Below, one piece after another: positions 1 to 11,060 of a DNA stretch of 64,000 bases. A model generated the notes under the pieces. That model was not told the DNA's origin. It saw only the letters and a program-made list of their open reading frames with translations, and made no database searches. Location: the NCBI RefSeq assembly GCF_009914755.1, contig NC_060932.1; one strand, written 5' to 3'. The number at the start of each line of letters is the position of its first letter. Positions within the stretch are counted from its first letter, which is position 1. The position numbers were made by a program, and so were the translations under genes. This DNA comes from the human T2T-CHM13v2.0 reference genome, Homo sapiens.

Positions 1-425
1 AATTGAACCTTTGTTTGGACAGAGCACTTTTGAAACACTCTTTTTGTAGAATCTGCAGGTGGATATTTGGCTAGCTTTGAGGATTTCGTTGGAAACGGTA
101 ATGTCTTCAAAGAAAATCTAGACAGAAACATTCTCAGAAACACCTTCGTGATGTTTGCAATCAAGTCACAGAGTTGAACCTTCCGTTTCATAGAGCAGGT
201 TGGAAACACTCTTTTTGTAGTATCTGGAAGTGGACATTTGGAGCGCTTTCAGGCCTATGGTGAAAAAGGAAATATCTTCCCATAAAAACGACATAGAAGC
301 TATCTCAGGAACTTGTTTATGATGCATCCAATCAACTAACAGTGTTGAACTTTTGTACTGACAGAGCAGTGTGAAACACTCTTTTTTTTGGAATCTGCAA
401 GTGGATATTTGGATCGCTTTGAGGA

Positions 426-442
426 TTTCGTTGGAAACGGGA
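426..442 (+). promoter_or_regulatory. CENP-B box (intact; homologues intact in every HOR copy)
   Basis: tTTCGttggAaaCGGGa matches NTTCGNNNNANNCGGGN; homologues near 2295, 4161, 6030, 7899 and 9767. Confidence 0.95.
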
Positions 443-763
443 TGCAATATAAATCGTACACAGCAGCATACTCAGAAAATACTTTGCCATATTTCCATTC
501 AAGTCACAGAGTGGAACATTCCCATTCATAGAGCAGGTTGGAAACACTCCTTTTGTAGTATCTGGAAGTGGACATTTGGAGCGCTTTCTGAACTATGGTG
601 AAAAAGGAAATATCTTCCAATGAAAACAAGACAGAAGCATTCTGAGAAACTTATTTGTGATGTGTGTCCTCAACTAACGGACTTGAACCTTTCGTTTCAT
701 GCAGTACTTCTGGAACACTCTTTTTGAAGATTCTGCATGCGGATATTTGGATAGCTTTGAGGA

Positions 764-780
764 TTTCGTTGGAAACGGGC
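764..780 (+). promoter_or_regulatory. CENP-B box (intact; mutated to TTCT in copy 2)
   Basis: tTTCGttggAaaCGGGc; homologues near 4498, 6367 and 8236 are intact, the one near 2633 is broken. Confidence 0.93.
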
Positions 781-3700
781 TTACATATAAAAATTAGACA
801 GCAGCATTCTCAGAAACTTCTTTGTGGTGTCTGCATTCAAGTCACAGAATTGAACATCCCCTCACATAGAGCAGCTGTGCAGCACTCTATTTGTAGTATC
901 TCGAAGTGGACATTTGGAGGGCTTTGTAGCCTATCTGTAAAAAGGAAATATCTTCCCATGAATGCGAGATAGAAGTAATCTCAGAAACATGTTTATGCTG
1001 TATCTACTCAACTAACTGTGCTGAACAATTCTATTGATAGAGCAGTTTTGAGACACTCTTCTTTTGGAATCTGCAAGTGGATATTTGGATAGATTTGAGG
1101 ATTTCCTTGGAAACGGGATTATATATCAAAAGTAGACAGCAGCATTCTCAGAAACTTCTTTGTGATGTTTGCATCCAGCTCTCAGAGTTGAACATTCCCT
1201 TTCGTAGATTAGGTTTGAAACCCTCTTTTTATAGTGTCTGGAAGCGGGCATTTGGAACGCTTTGAGGCCTATGCTGAAAAAGGAAATATCTACCTATAGA
1301 AACTAGACAGAAGCATTCTGAGAATCACGTTTGTGATGTGGGTACTCAACTAACAGTGTTGATCCATTCTTTTGATACAGCAGTTTTGAACCACACTTTT
1401 TGTAGAATCTGCAAGTGGATATTTGGATAGCTGTGAGGATTTCCTTGGAAACGGGAATGTCTTCATAGAAAATTTAGACAGAAGCATTCTCAGAACCTTG
1501 ATTGTGATGTGTGTTCTCCACTAACAGGGTTGAACCTTTCTTTTGACAGAACTGTTTTGAAACATTCTTTTTATAGAATCTGGAAGTGGATATTTGGAAA
1601 GCTTTGAGGATTTCATTGGAAACGGGAATATCTTCAAATCAAATCTAGCCAGAAGCATTCTAAGAAACATCTTAGGGATGTTTACATTCAAGTCACAGGG
1701 TTGAACATTCCCTTTCACAGAGCAGGTTTGAAACAATCTTCTCGTACTATCTGGAAGTGGACATTTTGAGCTCCTTGGGGCCTATGCTGAAAAAGGAAAT
1801 ATCTTCCGACAAAAACTAGACAGAAGCATTCGCAGAATCACGTTTGTGATGTGTGCACTCAACTGTCAGAATTGAACCTTGGTTTGGACAGAGCACTTTT
1901 GAAACACTCTTTTTGTAGAATCTGCAGGTGGATATTTGGCTAGCTTTGAGGATTTCGTTGGAAACGGTAATGTCTTCAAAGAAAATCTAGACAGAAACAT
2001 TCTCAGAAACACCTTCGTGATGTTTGCAATCAAGTCACAGAGTTGAACCTTCCGTTTCATAGAGCAGGTTGGAAACACTCTTTTTGTAGTATCTGGAAGT
2101 GGACATTTGGAGCGCTTTCAGGCCTATGGTGAAAAAGGAAATATCTTCCCATAAAAACGACATAGAAGCTATCTCAGGAACTTGTTTATGATGCATCCAA
2201 TCAACTAACAGTGTTGAACTTTTGTACTGACAGAGCAGTGTGAAACACTCTTTTTTTTGGAATCTGCAAGTGGATATTTGGATCGCTTTGAGGATTTCGT
2301 TGGAAACGGGATGCAATATAAATCGCACACAGCAGCATACTCAGAAAATACTTTGCCATATTTCCATTCAAGTCACAGAGTGGAACATTCCCATTCATAG
2401 AGCAGGTTGGAAACACTCCTTTTGTAGTATCTGGAAGTGGACATTTGGAGCGCTTTCTGAACTATGGTGAAAGAGGAAATATCTTCCAATGAAAACAAGA
2501 CAGAAGCATTCTGAGAAACTTATTTTTGATGTGTGTCCTCCACTAACGGACTTGAACCTTTCGTTTCATGCAGTACTTCTGGAACACTCTTTTTGAAGAT
2601 TCTGCATGCGGATATTTGGATAGCTTTGAGGATTTCTTTGGAAACGGGCTTACATATAAAAATTAGACAGCAGCATTATCAAAACTTCTTTGTGGTGTCT
2701 GTATTCAAGTCACAGAATTGAACATCCCCTCACATAGAGCAGCTGTGCAGCACTCTATTTGTAGTATCTCGAAGTGGACATTTGGAGGGCTTTGTAGCCT
2801 ATCTGGATAAAGGAAATATCTTCCCATGAATGCGAGATAGAAGTAATATCAGAAACATGTTTATGCTGTATCTACTCAACTAACTGTGCTGAACATTTCT
2901 ATTGATAGAGCAGTTTTGAGACACTCTTCTTTTGGAATCTGCAAGTGGATATTTGGATAGATTTCAGGATTTCGTTGGCAACGGGATTATATATAAAAAG
3001 TAGACAGCCGCATTCTCAGAAACTTCTTTGTGATGTTTGCATCCAGCTCTCAGAGTTGAACATTCCCTTTCGTAGAGTAGGTTTGAAACCCTCTTTTTAT
3101 AGTGTCTGGAAGCGGGCATTTGGAGCGCTTTGAGGCCTATGCTGAAAAAGGAAATATCTACCTATAGAAACTAGACAGAAGCATTCTGAGAATCACGTTT
3201 GTGATGTGGGTACTCAACTAACAGTGTTGATCCATTCTTTTGATACAGCAGTTATGAACCACACTTTTTGTAGAATCTGCAAGTGGATATTTGGATAGCT
3301 GTGAGGATTTCCTTGGAAACGGGAATGTCTTCATAGAAAATTTAGACAGAAGCATTCTCAGAACCTTGATTGTGATGTGTGTTCTCCACTAACAGGGTTG
3401 AACCTTTCTTTTGACAGAACTGTTTTGAAACATTCTTTTTATAGAATCTGGAAGTGGATATTTGGAAAGCTTTGAGGATTTCGTTGGAAACGGGAATATC
3501 TTCAAATCAAATCTAGCCAGAAGCATTCTAAGAAACATCTTAGGGATGTTTACATTCAAGTCACAGAGTTGAACATTCCCTTTCACAGAGCAGGTTTGAA
3601 ACAATCTTCTGGTACTATCTGGAAGTGGACATTTTGAGCTCCTTGGAGCCTATGCTGAAAAAGGAAATATCTTCCGACAAAAACTAGACAGAAGCATTCG

Positions 3701-6700
3701 CAGAATCACGTTTGTGATGTGTGCACTCAACTGTCAGAATTGAACCTTGGTTTGGACAGAGCACTTTTGAAACACTTTTTGTAGAATCTGCAGGTGGATA
3801 TTTGGCTAGCTTTGAGGATTTCGTTGGAAACGGTAATGTCTTCAAAGAAAATCTAGACAGAAACATTCTCAGAAACACCTTCGTGATGTTTGCAATCAAG
3901 TCACAGAGTTGAACCTTCCGTTTCATAGGGCAGGTTGGAAACACTCTTTTTGTAGTATCTGGAAGTGGACATTTGGAGCGCTTTCAGGCCTATGGTGAAA
4001 AAGGAAATATCTTCCCATAAAAACGACATAGAAGCTATCTCAGGAACTTGTTTATGATGCATCCAATCAACTAACAGTGTTGAACTTTTGTACTGACAGA
4101 GCAGTGTGAAACACTCTTTTTTTTCGAATCTGCAAGTGGATATTTGGATCGCTTTGAGGATTTCGTTGGAAACGGGATGCAATATAAATCGTACACAGCA
4201 GCATACTCAGAAAATACTTTGCCATATTTCCATTCAAGTCACAGAGTGGAACATTCCCATTCATAGAGCAGGTTGGAAACACTCCTTTTGTAGTATCTGG
4301 AAGTGGACATTTGGAGCGCTTTCTGAACTATGGTGAAAAAGGAAATATCTTCCAATGAAAACAAGACAGAAGCATTCTGAGAAACTTATTTGTGATGTGT
4401 GTCCTCAACTAACGGACTTGAACCTTTCGTTTCATGCAGTACTTCTGGAACACTCTTTTTGAAGATTCTGCATGCGGATATTTGGATAGCTTTGAGGATT
4501 TCGTTGGAAACGGGCTTACATATAAAAATTAGACAGCAGCATTCTCAGAAACTTCTTTGTGGTGTCTGCATTCAAGTCACAGAATTGAACATCCCCTCAC
4601 ATAGAGCAGCTGTGCAGCACTCTATTTGTAGTATCTCGAAGTGGACATTTGGAGGGCTTTGTAGCCTATGTGTAAAAAGGAAATATCTTCCCATGAATGC
4701 GAGATAGAAGTAATCTCAGAAACATGTTTATGCTGTATCTACTCAACTAACTGTGCTGAACAATTCTATTGATAGAGCAGTTTTGAGACACTCTTCTTTT
4801 GGAATCTGCAAGTGGATATTTGGATAGATTTGAGGATTTCCTTGGAAACGGGATTATATATCAAAAGTAGACAGCAGCATTCTCAGAAACTTCTTTGTGA
4901 TGTTTGCATCCAGCTCTCAGAGTTGAACATTCCCTTTCGTAGAGTAGGTTTGAAACCCTCTTTTTATAGTGTCTGGAAGCGGGCATTTGGAACGCTTTGA
5001 GGCCTATGCTGAAAAAGGAAATATCTACCTATAGAAACTAGACAGAAGCATTCTGAGAATCACGTTTGTGATGTGGGTACTCAACTAACAGTGTTGATCC
5101 ATTCTTTTGATACAGCAGTTTTGAACCACACTTTTTGTAGAATCTGCAAGTGGATATTTGGATAGCTGTGAGGATTTCCTTGGAAACGGGAATGTCTTCA
5201 TAGAAAATTTAGACAGAAGCATTCTCAGAACCTTGATTGTGATGTGTGTTCTCCACTAACAGGGTTGAACCTTTCTTTTGACAGAACTGTTTTGAAACAT
5301 TCTTTTTATAGAATCTGGAAGTGGATATTTGGAAAGCTTTGAGGATTTCATTGGAAACGGGAATATCTTCAAATCAAATCTAGCCAGAAGCATTCTAAGA
5401 AACATCTTAGGGATGTTTACATTCAAGTCACAGGGTTGAACATTCCCTTTCACAGAGCAGGTTTGAAACAATCTTCTCGTACTATCTGGAAGTGGACATT
5501 TTGAGCTCCTTGGGGCCTATGCTGAAAAAGGAAATATCTTCCGACAAAAACTAGACAGAAGCATTCGCAGAATCACGTTTGTGATGTGTGCACTCAACTG
5601 TCAGAATTGAACCTTTGTTTGGACAGAGCACTTTTGAAACACTCTTTTTGTAGAATCTGCAGGTGGATATTTGGCTAGCTTTGAGGATTTCGTTGGAAAC
5701 GGTAATGTCTTCAAAGAAAATCTAGACAGAAACATTCTCAGAAACACCTTCGTGATGTTTGCAATCAAGTCACAGAGTTGAACCTTCCGTTTCATAGAGC
5801 AGGTTGGAAACACTCTTTTTGTAGTATCTGGAAGTGGACATTTGGAGCGCTTTCAGGCCTATGGTGAAAAAGGAAATATCTTCCCATAAAAACGACATAG
5901 AAGCTATCTCAGGAACTTGTTTATGATGCATCCAATCAACTAACAGTGTTGAACTTTTGTACTGACAGAGCAGTGTGAAACACTCTTTTTTTTGGAATCT
6001 GCAAGTGGATATTTGGATCGCTTTGAGGATTTCGTTGGAAACGGGATGCAATATAAATCGTACACAGCAGCATACTCAGAAAATACTTTGCCATATTTCC
6101 ATTCAAGTCACAGAGTGGAACATTCCCATTCATAGAGCAGGTTGGAAACACTCCTTTTGTAGTATCTGGAAGTGGACATTTGGAGCGCTTTCTGAACTAT
6201 GGTGAAAGAGGAAATATCTTCCAATGAAAACAAGACAGAAGCATTCTGAGAAACTTATTTGTGATGTGTGTCCTCAACTAACGGACTTGAACCTTTCGTT
6301 TCATGCAGTACTTCTGGAACACTCTTTTTGAAGATTCTGCATGCGGATATTTGGATAGCTTTGAGGATTTCGTTGGAAACGGGCTTACATATAAAAATTA
6401 GACAGCAGCATTCTCAGAAACTTCTTTGTGGTGTCTGCATTCAAGTCACAGAATTGAACATCCCCTCACATAGAGCAGCTGTGCAGCACTCTATTTGTAG
6501 TATCTCGAAGTGGACATTTGGAGGGCTTTGTAGCCTATCTGGAAAAAGGAAATATCTTCCCATGAATGCGAGATAGAAGTAATCTCAGAAACATGTTTAT
6601 GCTGTATCTACTCAACTAACTGTGCTGAACATTTCTATTGATAGAGCAGTTTTGAGACACTCTTCTTTTGGAATCTGCAAGTGGATATTTGGATAGATTT

Positions 6701-9700
6701 GAGGATTTCCTTGGAAACGGGATTATATATCAAAAGTAGACAGCAGCATTCTCAGAAACTTCTTTGTGATGTTTGCATCCAGCTCTCAGAGTTGAACATT
6801 CCCTTTCGTAGAGTAGGTTTGAAACCCTCTTTTTATAGTGTCTGGAAGCGGGCATTTGGAGCGCTTTCAGGCCTATGCTGAAAAAGGAAATATCTACCTA
6901 TAGAAAGTAGACAGAAGCATTCTGAGAATCACGTTTGTGATGTGGGTACTCAACTAACAGTGTTGATCCATTCTTTTGATACAGCAGTTTTGAACCACAC
7001 TTTTTGTAGAATCTGCAAGTGGATATTTGGATAGCTGTGAGGATTTCCTTGGAAACGGGAATGTCTTCATAGAAAATTTAGACAGAAGCATTCTCAGAAC
7101 CTTGATTGTGATGTGTGTTCTCCACTAACAGGGTTGAACCTTTCTTTTGACAGAACTGTTTTGAAACATTCTTTTTATAGAATCTGGAAGTGGATATTTG
7201 GAAAGCTTTGAGGATTTCGTTGGAAACGGGAATATCTTCAAATCAAATCTAGCCAGAAGCATTCTAAGAAACATCTTAGGGATGTTTACATTCAAGTCAC
7301 AGGGTTGAACATTCCCTTTCACAGAGCAGGTTTGAAACAATCTTCTCGTACTATCTGGAAGTGGACATTTTGAGCTCCTTGGGGCCTATGCTGAAAAAGG
7401 AAATATCTTCCGACAAAAACTAGACAGAAGCATTCGCAGAATCACGTTTGTGATGTGTGCACTCAACTGTCAGAATTGAACCTTGGTTTGGACAGAGCAC
7501 TTTTGAAACACTCTTTTTGTAGAATCTGCAGGTGGATATTTGGCTAGCTTTGAGGATTTCGTTGGAAACGGTAATGTCTTCAAAGAAAATCTAGACAGAA
7601 ACATTCTCAGAAACACCTTCGTGATGTTTGCAATCAAGTCACAGAGTTGAACCTTCCGTTTCATAGAGCAGGTTGGAAACACTCTTTTTGTAGTATCTGG
7701 AAGTGGACATTTGGAGCGCTTTCAGGCCTACGGTGAAAAAGGAAATATCTTCCCATAAAAATGACATAGAAGCTATCTCAGGATCTTGTTTATGATGCAT
7801 CCAATCAACTAACAGTGTTGAACCTTTGTAGTGACAGAGCAGTGTGAAACACTCTTTTTTTTGGAATCTGCAAGTGGATATTTGGATCGCTTTGAGGATT
7901 TCGTTGGAAACGGGATGCAATATAAAACGTACACAGCAGCATACTCAGAAAATACTTTGCCATATTTCCATTCAAGTCACAGAGTGGAACATTCCCATTC
8001 ATAGAGCAGGTTGGAAACACTCTTTTTGTAGTATCTGGAAGTGGACATTTGGAGCGCTTTCTGAACTATGGTGAAAAAGGAAATATCTTCCAGTGAAAAC
8101 AAGACAGAAGCATTCTGAGAAACTTATTTGTGATGTGTGTCCTCAACTAACGGACTTGAACCTTTCGTTTCATGCAGTACTTCTGGAACACTCTTTTTGA
8201 AGATTCTGCATGCGGATATTTGGATAGCTTTGAGGATTTCGTTGGAAACGGGCTTACATATAAAAATTAGACAGCAGCATTCTCAGAAACTTCTTTGTGG
8301 TGTCTGCATTCAAGTCACAGAATTGAACATCCCCTCACATAGAGCAGTTGTGCAGCACTCTATTTGTAGTATCTCGAAGTGGACATTTGGAGGGCTTTGT
8401 AGCCTATCTGGAAAAAGGAAATATCTTCCCATGAATGCGAGATAGAAGTAATCTCAGAAACATGTTTATGCTGTATCTACTCAACTAACTGTGCTGAACA
8501 TTTCTATTGATAGAGCAGTTTTGAGACACTCTTCTTTTGGAATCTGCAAGTGGATATTTGGATAGATTTGAGGATTTCCTTGGAAACGGGATTATATATC
8601 AAAAGTAGACAGCAGCATTCTCAGAAACTTCTTTGTGATGTTTGCATCCAGCTCTCAGAGTTGAACATTCCCCTTCATAGAGTAGGTTTGAAACCCTCTT
8701 TTTATAGTGTCTGGAAGCGGGCATTTGGAGCGCTTTCAGGCCTATGCTGAAAAAGGAAATATCTACCTATAGAAACTAGACAGAAGCATTCTGAGAATCA
8801 CGTTGGTGATGTGGGTACTCAACTAACAGTGTTGATCCATTCTTTTGATACAGCAGTTTTGAACCACACTTTTTGTAGAATCTGCAAGTGGATACTTGGA
8901 TAGCTGTGAGGATTTCGTTGGAAACGGGAATGTCTTCATAGAAAATTTAGACAGAAGCATTCTCAGAACCTTGATTGTGATGTGTGTTCTCCACTAACAG
9001 AGTTGGACCTTTCTGTTGACAGAACTGTTTTGAAACATTCTTTTTATAGAATCTGGAAGTGGATATTTGGAAAGCTTTGAGGATTTCGTTGGAAACGGGA
9101 ATATCTTCAAATCAAATCTAGCCAGAAGCATTCTAAGAAACATCTTAGGGATGTTTACATTCAAGTCACAGAGTTGAACATTCCCTTTCACAGAGCAGGT
9201 TTGAAACAATCTTCTCGTACTATCTGGAAGTGGACATTTTGAGCTCCTTGGGGCCTATGCTGAAAAAGGAAATATCTTCCGACAAAAACTAGACAGAAGC
9301 ATTCGCAGAATCACGTTTGTGATGTGTGCACTCAACTGTCAGAATTGAACCTTGGTTTGGACAGAGCACTGTTGAAACACTCTTTTTGTAGAATCCGCAG
9401 GTGGATATTTGGCTAGCTTTGAGGATTTCGTTGGAAACGGTAATGTCTTCAAAGAAAATCTAGACAGAAACATTCTCAGAAACACCTTCGTGATGTTTGC
9501 AATCAAGTCACAGAGTTGAACCTTCCGTTTCATAGAGCAGGTTGGAAACACTCTTATTGTAGTATCTGGAAGTGGACATTTGGAGCGCTTTCAGGCCTAT
9601 GGTGAAAAAGGAAATATCTTCCCATAAAAACGACATAGAAGCTATCTCAGGAACTTGTTTATGATGCATCCAATCAACTAACAGTGTTGAACCTTTGTAC

Positions 9701-9740
9701 TGACAGAGCAGTTTGAAACACTCTTTTTTTGGAATCTGCA

Positions 9741-11060
9741 AGTGGATATTTGTATCGCTTTGAGAATTTCGTTGGAAACGGGATTACATATAAAAAGTAG
9801 ACAGCAGCATTCTCAGAAACTTCCTTACGATGTTTGCATTCAAGTCACAGACTGGAACATTCCCGTTCATAGAGCAGGTTGGAAACACTCTTTTTGTAGC
9901 ATCTGGAAGTGGACATTTGGAGCGCCTTCTTGCCTGTGGTGAAAAAGGAAATATCTTCCCATAAAAACAAGATAGAAGCAGTCTCAGAAACTTATTTGTG
10001 ATGTGTGTCCTCAACTAACAGACTTGAACCTTTCTTTTCATGCAGTACTTCTGGAACACTCTTTTTTGAAGATTCTGCATGTGGATATTTGGATAGCTTT
10101 CAGGATTTCGTTGGAAACGGGTTTACATATAAAAAGTAGACAGCAGGATTCTCAGAAACTTCCTTACGATGTTTGCATTCAAGTCACAGAGTGGAACATT
10201 CCCATTCATAGAGCAGGTTGGAAACACTCTTTTTGTAGCATCTGGAAGTGGACATTTCTAGCGCTTTCTTACCTGTGGTGAAAAAGGAAATATCTTCCCA
10301 TAAAAACAAGACAGAAGCATTCTCAGAAACTTTTTTGTGATGTGTGTCCTCAACTAACGGACTTGAACCTTTCTTTTCATGCAGTACTTCTGGAACACTC
10401 TTTTTGAAGATTCTGCATGTGGATATTTGGATGGCTTTGAGGATTTCGTTGTAAACGGGATTACATATAAAAAGTAGACAGCAGCATTCAGAAACTTCTT
10501 TGTGGTGTCTGCATTCAAGTCACAGAATTGAACATTCCCTCACATAAAGCAGTTGTGAAGCACTCCATTTGTAGTATCTCGAAGTGGATATTTGGCGGGC
10601 TTTGTAGCCTATCTGGAAAAAGAAAATATCTTCCCATGAATGCGAGATAGAAGCAATCTCAGAAACTTGTTTATGCTGTATCTACTGAACGAACTGTGCT
10701 GAACCTTTCTATTGATAGAGCAGTTTTGAGACACTCTTCTTTTGGAATCTGCAAGTGGATATATGGATAGATTTGAGGATTTCGTTGGCAACGGGATTAC
10801 ATATCAAAAGTAGACAGCAGCATTCTCAGAAACTTCTTTGTGATGTTTGCATCTAGCTCTCAGAGTTGAACATTCCCCTTCATAGAGTAGGTTTGAAACC
10901 CTCTTTTTATAGTGTCTGGAAGCGGGCAATTGGAGCGCTTTCAGGCCTATGCTGAAAAAGGAAATTACCCATAGAAACTAGACAGAAGCATTCTGAGAAT
11001 CACGTTTGTGATGTGTGTACTCAACTAAGAGAGTTGAACATTTCTTTTGATACAGTAGTT
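9741..11060 (+). repeat. Divergent terminal SF2 HOR copy with an internal 2-monomer duplication
   Basis: Same monomer order as the HOR but many substitutions toward the generic D1/D2 consensus (e.g. ggattacatataaaaagtagacagcag). The ~341-bp unit ttccttacgatgtttgc...gaagattctgcatgtgg occurs twice (~9808-10147 and ~10148-10485). Confidence 0.85.

Larger units (their letters stand above)
1..9740 (+). repeat. Homogeneous alpha-satellite HOR array, 11-mer (~1869 bp), SF2 (D1/D2); probably D8Z2 (chr8)
   Basis: The marker aattgaacctt(t/g)gtttggacagagcac recurs at 1, 1870, 3738, 5605, 7474 and 9343 (periods 1869/1868/1867/1869/1869). Monomers in copy 1 start at about 129, 300, 467, 638, 805, 976, 1143, 1314, 1485, 1656 and 1827. 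D2-type monomers (caagtcacag, gcaggttggaaac, gtatctggaagtggacatttggagcgctttcaggcc) alternate with D1-type (caactaac, ggatagctttgaggatttcgttggaaacggg), with two adjacent B-type monomers (1314, 1485) giving the odd number. HOR and SF2 calls are firm. The chr8 assignment rests on recall of 11-mer SF2 arrays and is less certain (~0.7). Confidence 0.95.

Noticed and set aside
1-9740. Assignment to D1Z5 (SF3 11-mer) or D13Z1/D21Z1
   Set aside because: The monomers are D1/D2 dimeric, not pentameric W-type, and do not match the D21Z1 11-mer as I recall it. Other SF2 11-mers (e.g. chr15) cannot be fully excluded without alignment.
166-10791. Repeated 60-102 aa ORFs recurring every ~1869 bp
   Set aside because: Chance open frames in satellite DNA copied with the HOR; no recognisable domains, and stops vary between copies.
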